A stretch of 64,000 nucleotides of DNA from assembly GCA_965261975.1 (NCBI GenBank), contig CBDHEC010000003.1, positions 62,142-126,141 on the forward strand, in the 5' to 3' direction. Made by a program: the position numbers and the translations under genes. This DNA is from Alphaproteobacteria bacterium (GTDB lineage: Bacteria; Pseudomonadota; Alphaproteobacteria; UBA6615). Under the pieces are notes generated by a model that did no database searches, had not been told where the DNA came from, and was given only the letters and a program-made list of their open reading frames with translations. Positions 9,849 to 19,635 of this stretch are shown here, one piece after another (position 1 is the stretch's first letter; the number at the start of each line of letters is the position of its first letter).

Positions 9849-10447
9849 GCGACCCTATCAAGTTCTATTTCGCCTGCATTTCACCCTGGTCCTATCTGGC
9901 CGTTGACGCCCTCAAGGAGCTCGCCGACAAGCATGGGCGCACGATCGCCTACAAGCCAACCGATGTCGGTCGCGCCTGGGGCGAGACCGGCGCAGGACGC
10001 CCGCTTGGTGACAGGCCGACCGTGCTTCAGGCCTACCGTCTCGTCGAGCTGCCACGCTGGTCCAAATGGCGCGGTGTGCCGCTCAACACACAACCGGCGC
10101 ATTTCCCGGCCCCCTATCATTTGTCCTCAGGCGTGATTATCGCGGCGGGCCAGGCGGGCCACGATCAGTATGAAATCACCCGCGCCCTGGCGCGCGGCTG
10201 CTGGGCCGACGAAAAGAATATCGGCGACCCGGACGAAGTCACCGCGATCGCCAATGGCGTCGGGCTCGATGGCGCGGCACTTGTCGCGGCGGCCGAATCC
10301 GAGGCCGTCACCGCGGAACTCGCAGCAAATACCGACGAATCTCTCGCTGATGGTGTCTGGAGCGTCCCGTCCTTCGTGGTCGATGGCGAACCGTTCTTCG
10401 GCCAGGATCGCATCGAGATGATGGACTGGCGCCTGTCCGGAAACTGA
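9845..10447 (+). CDS. 2-hydroxychromene-2-carboxylate isomerase / kappa-GST (DSBA-like)
   Basis: FYFACISPWSYL, GVWSVPSFVVDGEPFFGQDR; ATGA overlap with speE. Confidence 0.85.
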   Translation: MSDPIKFYFACISPWSYLAVDALKELADKHGRTIAYKPTDVGRAWGETGAGRPLGDRPTVLQAYRLVELPRWSKWRGVPLNTQPAHFPAPYHLSSGVIIAAGQAGHDQYEITRALARGCWADEKNIGDPDEVTAIANGVGLDGAALVAAAESEAVTAELAANTDESLADGVWSVPSFVVDGEPFFGQDRIEMMDWRLSGN

Positions 10448-10493
10448 CCGACGCCCCCTTGCGCGAGCCACGCGCACAGGGATTAACTGTCGT

Positions 10494-11318
10494 ATGGACA
10501 TCATTATAGAACTGGCGCCACTCGCGGCCGTGCTCATCGCGACAGGTTGCATCGCCGGTATCCTCGCCGGGCTCCTCGGCGTGGGCGGCGGGATCATCGT
10601 CGTGCCGGTACTGTTCACCATGCTGGGGCTCATCGATATCGACGAGTCCGTTCGCATGCATGTGGCCGTCGGCACCTCGTTGGCCAGCATCGTCATCACG
10701 TCGGTGATCTCCGCCCGCTCCCATCACCGGCGCGGGGCCGTTGATACTGACCTCCTGAAGAAATGGGGCATCTGGATTCTGCTCGGCTCCGTCGCCGGCA
10801 CGCTGATCGCCGGCGCGGTCGACGGCCCCGTCCTCAGCATGGTCTTCGCCTTCGTCGCGCTCGCGGTCGCGATCTATATGGCGGTGACCTCGGCGGAATT
10901 CCGTTTTCGCGACAGCTTGCCCGGCGGAACCGCGGGGCAATCCTCGGACTTCGTCATCGGCGGTCTTTCCGCGATGATGGGAATCGGTGGCGGCACCCTG
11001 TGCGTGCCCTATTTCAACGCCTTCGGTTTTCCCGTGCATCGCGCGGTCGGTACCGCCGCCGCGATCGGACTCGTCATCGCGCTTCCCGCCACCATCGGGT
11101 TCGTCGCGACGGGTTGGGGAATACCCGCCCTTCCCGAAGCCAGTGTCGGCCATGTGAACCTGCTCGGTTTGGTCCTGATCGCACCGTTCACGTCGCTGAC
11201 CGCGCCGCTGGGCGTGCGGCTGGCCCACCGCCTGAGCGCGCGGGAACTCAAACTACTGTTTTCATTATTTCTTTTTGCCACCTCGGCCCGCATGATGGTG
11301 GCGCTTTTCCTCGCCTAG
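10494..11318 (+). CDS. TauE/SafE family membrane exporter
   Basis: AGLLGVGGGIIVVP, AVGTSLA, SAMMGIGGG, HRAVGTAA internal duplication; multiple TM segments. Confidence 0.88.
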   Translation: MDIIIELAPLAAVLIATGCIAGILAGLLGVGGGIIVVPVLFTMLGLIDIDESVRMHVAVGTSLASIVITSVISARSHHRRGAVDTDLLKKWGIWILLGSVAGTLIAGAVDGPVLSMVFAFVALAVAIYMAVTSAEFRFRDSLPGGTAGQSSDFVIGGLSAMMGIGGGTLCVPYFNAFGFPVHRAVGTAAAIGLVIALPATIGFVATGWGIPALPEASVGHVNLLGLVLIAPFTSLTAPLGVRLAHRLSARELKLLFSLFLFATSARMMVALFLA

Positions 11319-11327
11319 ACAGGCCTG

Positions 11328-11894
11328 CTAACGGGACTTGGCGTTTGCGCCGAGCCACGCCAAGGCCTCCGCAAGCGATCCTACGATCGCATCCGCACGC
11401 GAACCGGTTGTGTCTTCGGTGCCGTCGAGCAGCAGTCGAGTTCCGACACCGCCGTTGATACCGGCCTCGATGTCGGTTTCGCGATCCCCGATGATCACGG
11501 ACGCCGCCATGTCGATGTTGAATGCGTCGCGCGCCTTGAACAGCATGCCGGGGCCGGGTTTCCGGTCCGGCGATTCCCGCTTGTACACGCCGATTCCCTC
11601 GTCGGGGTGGGTGGGCGAGAAATAGGTGCGGGCGATCTCGATGCCCTTGTCCCGAAACTGCTCTTCGACCCAGGCCGTCAGCGTGTGGAATTGCTGCTCG
11701 GTATAAAGACCCCGGCCGATCCCGGCCTGATTGGTCACGATGACGAGTAGATACCCCATTTCCTGAGCAGCGAGGCAGGCATCGAAGACACCTTCGAAGA
11801 AGATGAAATCCTCGATGCGCCAAATGTAACCGCTGTCGACATTGATCACGCCGTCACGGTCCAGGAAAAGCGCCTTCACATGATCTTTCGGCAT
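11328..11894 (-). CDS. gmhB: D,D-heptose 1,7-bisphosphate phosphatase (HAD IIIA)
   Basis: FLDRDGVIN, VTNQAGIGRG, RKPGPGM, IGDRETDIEAG. Confidence 0.8.
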   Translation of the reverse strand: MPKDHVKALFLDRDGVINVDSGYIWRIEDFIFFEGVFDACLAAQEMGYLLVIVTNQAGIGRGLYTEQQFHTLTAWVEEQFRDKGIEIARTYFSPTHPDEGIGVYKRESPDRKPGPGMLFKARDAFNIDMAASVIIGDRETDIEAGINGGVGTRLLLDGTEDTTGSRADAIVGSLAEALAWLGANAKSR

Positions 11895-11902
11895 GTGGGA
11901 GC

Positions 11903-13570
11903 TTACTCGGCCGCGTTCCGCACCCGCTCGCGCAGCTGCGAAAGGGTAAAGTTGCTCGCGATCAGTTCCTGATCGACGACAAGTTCAATCACCGCCGGGC
12001 GACCCGCCGCAAGCGCACGCTCCATTGCAGGCTTGAACTCTTCGGTCGTCCGCACCTGTTCACCCTGCGCGCCAAATGATTCTGCCCAAGCCACGAAATC
12101 CGGATTGCGCAGATGGGTCGCGATCTCGCGGCCTGGATACTCGCGCTCCTCATGCATCCGAATGGTGCCGTACATGCTGTTGTTGGCAATAATCAGGACA
12201 ATCGGCAGGTCATACTGAACCGCGGTCGCAAGTTCATTGCCGGTCATCAGGATACCGCCATCACCGGCGTAACAAATCACGGGAACATCCGGGCGCGCCG
12301 TCTTGGCGGCAATGGCCGCGGGCATGCCATAGCCCATGGATCCGTTCGCGGGGCCCAGTTGGGTCCGGTAGGTTCGGAACTTGAAGAAGCGGCTGGTCCA
12401 GCCGGCGAAGTTGCCGGCATCCGTGGTGATGATCGCCTCGTCGGGTAGGATATCGCGCAGCTGGACGAAGAGTTCTGCCGGGTTCAGGGGCCCCGGCACG
12501 TCCACGGGCACCGTCCAGGCCTCAAAATCATCGCGGCCTGCCTTGAGCCACGCCGCCCAACGAGCGGGGTCGAGTTGCAGGCTCCGTCGCGCCTTCGAAA
12601 CGAAGGCACCAATCCCCGAGGCGATTGGCAAATCGGCCTGAAACACACGCCCGAGTTCACTGTGGTCGGGGTAGACATGGATCATGGTCTGATCCGGCCG
12701 GGGGGCTTTCACGATGGTGAAGGCCTGGGACGTTGTTTCCCCCAAACGCGCGCCCACCACCAGCAACAGGTCGGCATCCATCACACGCTGGGTGAGTTTC
12801 GGATTGGTGTTGTACCCGAGTTCTCCGACGAAGTTCGGGTGGTCATTGTTGAAAATATCCATGACCCGAAACGACGATACGGCCGGCAGGCCATTCGATT
12901 CGCAAAACACCTCGAAGTCGGCGCAAATCTCGGCCGACCATCCACCGCCTCCGAAAATTATCAGCGGACGTTCGGCCGCCGACAAAAGCTCGCGCACACG
13001 CGTCATGTCCGCGTCGGTCGGTTCCGGCATGGCATGGGACGCAACCTTCGCGTCCATGACGTCGACCTCATCTGTCAGCATATCTTCGGGCAGCGACACC
13101 ACCACGGGTCCCGGCCTGCCACCTGCCGCGACCGCGAAGGCACGCGCCGTGACCTCGGGCATCCGGGCCGCGTCATCCACTTCGACCGCCCATTTGGCGA
13201 CCGGTGCGAACATCGCCTCGAAGTCGATCTCCTGAAATGCCTCGCGACGGCGAAACTCGCGCGGCACCTGGCCCACGAACAAGATCATCGGTGAGGAATC
13301 CTGCAGCGCCGTGTGAACACCGATGCTGGCATTGCATGCCCCGGGGCCACGCGTCACGAATGCGATGCCCGGTTTGCCGGTCAGCTTGCCATAAGCCTCG
13401 GCAGCATAGGCCGCGCCGTTCTCATGGCGGCAGGTGATGACCCGGACGGAATCCCGAACGTCATACAAGGCGTCCAAAGCGGCGAGATAACTCTCCCCTG
13501 GTACACAGAAAACCGTGTCGACCCCGTGCAAAACCAAGGTATCGACCAAAACCTGACCACCTGTGCGCAA
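11903..13570 (-). CDS. Thiamine diphosphate-dependent enzyme (acetolactate synthase-like)
   Basis: FCVPGESYL, CRHE, TRGPGACNA, AFQE, GSMGYG, GDGG...NNSMYGTIRMH; likely TTG start at 13570 after GGGGG. Confidence 0.88.
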   Translation of the reverse strand: MRTGGQVLVDTLVLHGVDTVFCVPGESYLAALDALYDVRDSVRVITCRHENGAAYAAEAYGKLTGKPGIAFVTRGPGACNASIGVHTALQDSSPMILFVGQVPREFRRREAFQEIDFEAMFAPVAKWAVEVDDAARMPEVTARAFAVAAGGRPGPVVVSLPEDMLTDEVDVMDAKVASHAMPEPTDADMTRVRELLSAAERPLIIFGGGGWSAEICADFEVFCESNGLPAVSSFRVMDIFNNDHPNFVGELGYNTNPKLTQRVMDADLLLVVGARLGETTSQAFTIVKAPRPDQTMIHVYPDHSELGRVFQADLPIASGIGAFVSKARRSLQLDPARWAAWLKAGRDDFEAWTVPVDVPGPLNPAELFVQLRDILPDEAIITTDAGNFAGWTSRFFKFRTYRTQLGPANGSMGYGMPAAIAAKTARPDVPVICYAGDGGILMTGNELATAVQYDLPIVLIIANNSMYGTIRMHEEREYPGREIATHLRNPDFVAWAESFGAQGEQVRTTEEFKPAMERALAAGRPAVIELVVDQELIASNFTLSQLRERVRNAAE

Positions 13571-13738
13571 AATGACCCCCTGCCACAAACATTTGAAATT
13601 GTTGAATTATTAACGGTATAGACCGCCAAAAAAATCTTGGCGGGAGAGTATCATCTTGCGCCGCTCGGGCAAACCGGACGTGTTAGTATCATTGTAGGTT
13701 CGGGTTTTGGTCTGCCGCCAGAAAGGCCGCGTGCTTTC

Positions 13739-14668
13739 ATGGTTACGATTCCAACATCACCAAAGGACCCCACTGTCTATATCGTGGGCGAGAGCGCCGA
13801 GAACGAGCTGCTTCGCGCGTTGATCGAGATCGCGCTCAAGACCCTGAAATTCGGCTCCTGCGCCGTCGAAGAGCTTCAGACCGCAGCCGAAGTAAGCGCT
13901 GCCGATCGCGGCGTTATCCTTGAGTTCCTGCAGGATGAGTACAACGCGCGTGGCGCGTTTATCGCCGGACTGGCTACGCAGTTCCTCGACGAGGCGAGCG
14001 ATGCCTATGACGCGATCGACGATGCTTGTCGGCTTCTTGGCGAGGTCGGCGTGGTCGTCAGGCAACCGGGCTTGCTCAGGGCCGCGGCGCCGCGCCTCGA
14101 AGCGGCGACCCGCGCGATCGACAAGATCTTGCCGAAGGACACCCCCGAACTCCTCATTCTCGGCGCCAACCACGATGCGCGCGCCGTGGCCGCAGCCGTT
14201 ACGATGGGCGCCTGCAAGGCCCATCCGGTGAAGGTGACGATCGCGAGCACCAACGCGAAAGGGCTCGCGGATGTACGCCAACGCATCGCCGGTCAGGTTA
14301 GTCAGGGTGTGCTCGAGATACGCCATGTCGAGAGTCCCGCCGAGCATGATCGGCTGTTGGCGCTGATGCCGCCGCGAAGCGCGGTGATCGACGCGAGCCG
14401 GAGCGAGTATGGTGCCAATGCCGCGGTGGGAAGCGCTGCCCTTTTTCCCGCGCAGGGCATCGTCTGCGACATGCTTTCCCCGGCCGGCAAATCGCGCATC
14501 CTCGCGGAAGCCGTGCAACAGCGAAGCGCATCGGATCTGACCATCCACGACGGCCGGATATACACGCTCGAACGTCGCGTCGCGATCTTGCAGACCATGT
14601 TCGCAGAAGGTGCGACCGACGCCCAGCGTCGGGCATTGCGCAAGGCCCTGGAAAAGTTCGACGGATAA
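13739..14668 (+). CDS. Shikimate dehydrogenase (AroE)-fold protein with degenerate catalytic motifs
   Basis: Motif order matches AroE (LLILG.., VTIAS, VIDAS, VCDM, IHDG) but the catalytic residues are replaced. Confidence 0.6.
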   Translation: MVTIPTSPKDPTVYIVGESAENELLRALIEIALKTLKFGSCAVEELQTAAEVSAADRGVILEFLQDEYNARGAFIAGLATQFLDEASDAYDAIDDACRLLGEVGVVVRQPGLLRAAAPRLEAATRAIDKILPKDTPELLILGANHDARAVAAAVTMGACKAHPVKVTIASTNAKGLADVRQRIAGQVSQGVLEIRHVESPAEHDRLLALMPPRSAVIDASRSEYGANAAVGSAALFPAQGIVCDMLSPAGKSRILAEAVQQRSASDLTIHDGRIYTLERRVAILQTMFAEGATDAQRRALRKALEKFDG

Positions 14669-14675
14669 AGCGCCG

Positions 14676-16721
14676 TTAGCGGAGTGCGGCCTCGATGTTG
14701 CCGCCATCGACCGTGAGAACGGCTGCCGTGGTCTTGTCGGCCAGCGCCAGGTCAACAAAGGCCTGCGCGACATCCTGTGCATTCACTTCGCGCCCCAGCA
14801 GATTGCCGGCCAAATACGCCTCTTCCGTGAGACCACGCGCCGCCAAACGGTCACGAACCATCTCGTCGGTGAGAAGACCGCTTCGAATCCGGTCGGCGTT
14901 GACCGCATTGGAACGAATGCCCTCCGCACCATGATCGAGCGCGTACTGGCGTGACAGGAAGAGTGTCGCGGCCTTGGGGAGCCCATACGGCCCGAAATCA
15001 CGCCCCGGATTAACCGCCTGCTTGGAAGTGTTGAACAACAGAACGCCGCCCGTCGCCTGGGCCTGCATGACCGCAACCGCGGCCTGGGCGACGCGTTGAT
15101 GGGCGAAGAAATTCAGCTCGAAACTCTTTCGCAGGACCGAATCATCGATCTCCCCGATCGTGCCTTGCCACGCAGCGCCCGCGTTCGAGACGAGAATATC
15201 GAGACCGCCGAAACGTTCGCAGATCGCAGCGAAGGCCCGCTTCACATCACGATCGCTGGTCACGTCGCAGGCAAGGGCGAGCCCGCCGATTTTCTCAGCG
15301 AGGGGCCCCACGGCGGCAAGATCAAGGTCAAGCAACGCGACATCGGCACCCGCGTCTACGAAAGCCTGCGCGGTAGCCTGACCGATCACGCCCCCGGCGC
15401 CGGTAACCACGACCACCCGGCGGGCAAGCGGCTTTTCCTTCGCCGACCCCAGCTTTGCCTGCTCGAGGGACCAATGCTCGATCTCGAACATCCGTGCCTC
15501 CGAGATCGACCGGAAACTTCCAATCGCCTCGGCGTCGGTGATCACTTCGATGTTGTTCTCGTAAACGTCGGCCGCGACGTCTGCCGCTTTGGCGCTTACG
15601 CCGGCCGCGAAGAAACCGATCCCGGGAACCAGCAGCACACGCGGCACGGGATCAAGCGGAGTTCGCGGATCGGCTGGATCGTTCTGGCGCTCGAAATACT
15701 TGCGATAGGCGGTCTCGTAACGCGTGATCGCGCGCGCGGCACCACGGAAAAACCCATCCATGTCTGTTTTGTCAGGCGTTGGCAGAATAACCGGTTTGGG
15801 TTTGATCCGGATCGCATGATCCGGCGTCACCGTACCCTGCTGGCTGTAGCGCTTCGCTGCCGGATCGGACACGAAGCGGCGGATCGCCGGGCTGGTCCGA
15901 AATGTCATGACCAGCCGATCTGTCTGCTCCCCCTTCCCTTGCGCCAGCATCCCCCGCAAATGCGGCGCGATGGCGGCCGCCCGGGCCAGCCGCGGGCTTG
16001 TCGCGGGTTTGGCAAATACCGGGCTCCGCCGCTCGGTGCGAAGCCGGCGCTCGGCAAGGCTCACGAGATCGATCATCCGGCCATAGGCCTCTTCTGCACT
16101 CTCGCCGAAAGTAAAGATGCCGTGCTTCAGCAGAATCAAACCCTCGACGTCGGGATGCCTCGCGTGCACCCGCGCGCATGCCTTGGCCAGCGCGAAACCC
16201 GGCATGATGTAGGGCACGAGCGCGGCGCGCTCGCCATACACATCGCGGCAGATGTCGGCGCCATCCGGCTGGTCGGTCAGGGCGAGCACGGCCGTCGAAT
16301 GCGTGTGGTCGACAAACTTATGCGGCAGGAACGCATGCAACAGGGTCTCGACCGACGGGTTGGGGGCCTTGGAATCGAGCAGGTTCCGGCGTTGAACATT
16401 GACCATTTCCGCATCGCCGAGGCGGTCGAGCGAAAACAACTCGCGCAGCGGTTCAAGCCGGACTGCCGGGAGGCCCGCCGGCTCTATATCGCCCATGTCC
16501 CATCCGCTGCCCTTCACACACAGGACATCGACGGCCTCACCGGTGATATCCAACGCGGTCGTTTTGACCGAGGTGTTGCCCCCGCCATGCAGAACCAGCC
16601 GGGGATCACTACCGAGCAGGCGCGTGGTGTGGACGCGCCGGGCAATGTCGGCGTTGACGCCCTGGGCGCGGTATCGGCGGACATAAGCGCGCGCCTCGCG
16701 CGCCGACCAGAGATTCTTCAT
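14676..16721 (-). CDS. Bifunctional class II aldolase / short-chain dehydrogenase (RhaD/RhaEW-like)
   Basis: LVLHGGGNTSVK, VKGSG, PSVETLLH, DHTH, KHGIFTFG, TPDH, EHWSLEQAKL; C-terminal SDR TGAGGVIG, SNAG, YGLPK. Confidence 0.9.
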   Translation of the reverse strand: MKNLWSAREARAYVRRYRAQGVNADIARRVHTTRLLGSDPRLVLHGGGNTSVKTTALDITGEAVDVLCVKGSGWDMGDIEPAGLPAVRLEPLRELFSLDRLGDAEMVNVQRRNLLDSKAPNPSVETLLHAFLPHKFVDHTHSTAVLALTDQPDGADICRDVYGERAALVPYIMPGFALAKACARVHARHPDVEGLILLKHGIFTFGESAEEAYGRMIDLVSLAERRLRTERRSPVFAKPATSPRLARAAAIAPHLRGMLAQGKGEQTDRLVMTFRTSPAIRRFVSDPAAKRYSQQGTVTPDHAIRIKPKPVILPTPDKTDMDGFFRGAARAITRYETAYRKYFERQNDPADPRTPLDPVPRVLLVPGIGFFAAGVSAKAADVAADVYENNIEVITDAEAIGSFRSISEARMFEIEHWSLEQAKLGSAKEKPLARRVVVVTGAGGVIGQATAQAFVDAGADVALLDLDLAAVGPLAEKIGGLALACDVTSDRDVKRAFAAICERFGGLDILVSNAGAAWQGTIGEIDDSVLRKSFELNFFAHQRVAQAAVAVMQAQATGGVLLFNTSKQAVNPGRDFGPYGLPKAATLFLSRQYALDHGAEGIRSNAVNADRIRSGLLTDEMVRDRLAARGLTEEAYLAGNLLGREVNAQDVAQAFVDLALADKTTAAVLTVDGGNIEAALR

Positions 16722-16747
16722 CGGCCGGACTCCATGCTTATCGGCCC

Positions 16748-17656
16748 CTAGAGATATTCATCGAACCAGGCCAGCGCCTCGGCCTTCTGGATCGCGTGCT
16801 TCTCGGCGTTACAGAACTGATAGGATTCGTAATGCTGGGCCTCGGGAAGCTTCACCAGCTTCTTGGGTTCTCCGAGAGCCGCGTAACAGGACAACTGCTC
16901 CTGGGGCGGCACGAGGTTGTCATTCTCCGCGTAGATCATCAGAACCGGGCGCGGCGATATGCGATGCGCCACCCATTCGGGCTTGTAGCGCATGTTTGCG
17001 GCCGCGCTCTCCAGGTCATATTCCGGGTTGTAACGCGTGCTCTTCGAATGGAACTGATCCAGCACCATCTGGGTGTGTGGGTCTGTCAGCATGATTTCAG
17101 GCAGGGGAATCTTCGTCGTCTCGCCGGTCAGGACGCGCTTGCGCTCGGCCTCCGCGACCTTCGCCTTGAAGCCCTGCCACTCGTGTGGCCGGCGGACCGA
17201 TTCCATCCAGCGTTCGCCGTCCGAGACCATGACGGCCGACACGACGACCTTCACCCGCTCGTCGAACGCCGCACACCAGATCGCATGCGCGCCGCCATAG
17301 CTTGAGCCGTAGTAGCCGATCCGTTCCGGGTCGACCCCGTCGATGGTTTGCAGATAGGTGACGCCGTCATAGATGCTCTGGGCCTGTTCGAGGGGCCGGT
17401 GCCGCCCGCGCTCCCCCTCACTGACACCAAAACCCGGATAATCGTGAGACAGGACGAAATAACCCGATTCCCAGAGCCATTGCGGGACATCCATGCCGTA
17501 GACGTCCTTCATTCCCGAATATCCATGGAGCACGCAAATCGCCGGACGTGGCGGATCACCCGGCTTCCAGTCCTTCGGCCGGTAGAGATAGGCGGCGATC
17601 TTCTTGCCGTCGGAGTAAAACTCGACCTCGTCCCAAACCTGCTCATAGTCGGTCAT
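16748..17656 (-). CDS. Alpha/beta hydrolase (serine nucleophile, S9/S15-like)
   Basis: LHGYSG, DYPGFGVSEG, GSSYGG nucleophile elbow, ENDNLVP, AQHY. Confidence 0.85.
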   Translation of the reverse strand: MTDYEQVWDEVEFYSDGKKIAAYLYRPKDWKPGDPPRPAICVLHGYSGMKDVYGMDVPQWLWESGYFVLSHDYPGFGVSEGERGRHRPLEQAQSIYDGVTYLQTIDGVDPERIGYYGSSYGGAHAIWCAAFDERVKVVVSAVMVSDGERWMESVRRPHEWQGFKAKVAEAERKRVLTGETTKIPLPEIMLTDPHTQMVLDQFHSKSTRYNPEYDLESAAANMRYKPEWVAHRISPRPVLMIYAENDNLVPPQEQLSCYAALGEPKKLVKLPEAQHYESYQFCNAEKHAIQKAEALAWFDEYL

Positions 17657-17691
17657 GCCAGCCTCCCGTGATCAACGTTGGCAAGTCTCGA

Positions 17692-18579
17692 TTACAGGGC
17701 GTCGTACCAGGCGGCAAGCGCCTTGCCGATGTCGTGGGGCGAATCTTCCTGGGGATGGTGGCGTCCGCGCACCACCACCTCGGTGTGGTTCGACCATGAG
17801 CGCAGGACTTCAAGGTCACGCTCGAATACGATCTGACCGGGCTCGACATTGATGAACAGCTTCGGGACGTCGTTGGTCTGCATCCAGTCCGACAGCGTAT
17901 CCATCAGTTCGGCAACATCGGCGGGGTCGCCCTCGATCGGGATTTGCCGGGGCCATGAAAGCGTCGCGCGGCGGCTCTCACCAGGCTCCTTATAGGGCCG
18001 CAACACCTCGGCCATCGTCTCTTCGTCGATCTCCCGGATCACGCCGGCCGTGAAGACCTTCTCGACAAAGAAGTTCTCCTCGAGCACCAGCCGCTCGCCT
18101 TCCGGCGTCCGGAGCAACTTGAGCATGTCTCCCACGGCATTGGGATAGTCGTCATAACTGTCATGGTTGCAGACCAATACCTCGCTATAGGCGAGCGCCT
18201 TGATGCTGTCCGCATGACGATGGGCCCAGCTCATGCCCAGGGGACCGCCCCAGTCATGCATGACGAATGTCACATTCTCGCTGACACCGAGTGCGGCGAG
18301 CGTGCCGTCGATATAGGTCTGATGTTCGGCCAGCGTGTAACTATCAGGTCCCGAGTTCGGCAGCCGCGCGGAATCGCCCTGGCCGATATTGTCGATCGCG
18401 ATCAGCCGGCCCCGGCCCTCCAGATACGGCATGATATTGCGCCACATGCAGGACGATGTGGCGTTGCCATGCAGGAACACGATGGGGTCCCCCGTGCCGT
18501 GTTCGGCATAGGCCATTTTCTGACCGTTCACCTCGACGGCGGCTTTCGCATAAGGCATGCGGGGACTGATGTCGTTCAT
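17692..18579 (-). CDS. Haloalkane dehalogenase-fold protein (HLD-II/LinB-like), paralog 1
   Basis: FLHGNATSS, MHDWGG (nucleophile Asp, halide Trp), YSEV acid, LEENFFVE, TLSWPRQIPI, GRHHPQEDSP; AAGGA RBS, ATG 18579. Confidence 0.85.
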   Translation of the reverse strand: MNDISPRMPYAKAAVEVNGQKMAYAEHGTGDPIVFLHGNATSSCMWRNIMPYLEGRGRLIAIDNIGQGDSARLPNSGPDSYTLAEHQTYIDGTLAALGVSENVTFVMHDWGGPLGMSWAHRHADSIKALAYSEVLVCNHDSYDDYPNAVGDMLKLLRTPEGERLVLEENFFVEKVFTAGVIREIDEETMAEVLRPYKEPGESRRATLSWPRQIPIEGDPADVAELMDTLSDWMQTNDVPKLFINVEPGQIVFERDLEVLRSWSNHTEVVVRGRHHPQEDSPHDIGKALAAWYDAL

Positions 18580-18601
18580 GTCGTCATCCTTGTTGGGGAG
18601 T

Positions 18602-19489
18602 TCAGATCGCAGCGTACCACTCGGCAAGCCCCTGGCCGATATCGTCGGGTGAGTCTTCCTGGGGATGATGCAAGCCGCGGACCTTGATGCGCGACTGGTT
18701 GGTCCAGCTGTTGATGATGTCGAGATCGCGATCGACGATGATCTGTCCCGGGTCGGCCTCGATGAACAGCTTCGGACAATCGATCGTGCCGACCCAGCCG
18801 GACAGGCGCTCCGACAGCTCGGCGACATATTCAGGCTTCCCGCCGATGGGAATCTGCCGCACCCAGGCCAGTGTGGGACGTCGCGCTTCGCCGGGTTCCT
18901 CATAGGGCCGGCGGATTTCGGCCATTGTCTCCGCATCGACCTCGCGGATCACCCCGCCGGTGAAGACATTCTCGACGAAGAAATTATCCTCGAGAACCAG
19001 CGCCTCGCCCTCCGGTCCCTGGGCGCGTTTCACCCGTTCCCCGTGGCCGTCGGCATAGGAATCATAGCTCGCATGGTTGGCGACGACGATTTCGCAATGG
19101 GCAAGACCCTTGATCGCATCCGGGTGGCGTTGGGCCCAGGACAGCCCCAGGGTGCCGCCCCAGTCGTGCATGACCAGGGTGACATGCTCTTCGATTCCAA
19201 GCGCAGCGAAGGCCCCGTCGATATAGGTCTGGTGTTCCGGGATCAGGTAACTGTCCGGCCCGCTGTCAGGCAGCTTGTCGGAATCCCCCTGCCCGATATT
19301 GTCGATGGCGATCAGGCGCCCCATCCCCTCGAGATGGGGCATGATGTTGCGCCACATGTAGGAGGAGTTGGCATTGCCGTGCATGAAGACAATCGGATCG
19401 CCCTGGCCTTCATCCACATAGGCCATACGCAGGCCATTCACCTCGATGTACTTCTTCCGATACGGCATCCGCGCGCTGATCTCGGACAT
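18602..19489 (-). CDS. Haloalkane dehalogenase-fold protein (HLD-II/LinB-like), paralog 2
   Basis: FMHGNANSSYMW, MHDWGG, HCEI, LEDNFFVE, PTLAWVRQIPI, GLHHPQEDSP; GAGGG RBS, ATG 19489. Confidence 0.85.
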   Translation of the reverse strand: MSEISARMPYRKKYIEVNGLRMAYVDEGQGDPIVFMHGNANSSYMWRNIMPHLEGMGRLIAIDNIGQGDSDKLPDSGPDSYLIPEHQTYIDGAFAALGIEEHVTLVMHDWGGTLGLSWAQRHPDAIKGLAHCEIVVANHASYDSYADGHGERVKRAQGPEGEALVLEDNFFVENVFTGGVIREVDAETMAEIRRPYEEPGEARRPTLAWVRQIPIGGKPEYVAELSERLSGWVGTIDCPKLFIEADPGQIIVDRDLDIINSWTNQSRIKVRGLHHPQEDSPDDIGQGLAEWYAAI

Positions 19490-19635
19490 GTTCCCTCTCG
19501 ATAGGTGTCTCGCTAGGCGGAGAATATGGCCGCAAGCGGGCCCAGGTCCATGCGCGGCTGCCATGCGCGGAATTGGACGCTCGACAACCACATGGTCATG
19601 CTAGCTTGCCGCGCGCACAATCAGGACGGATCATC

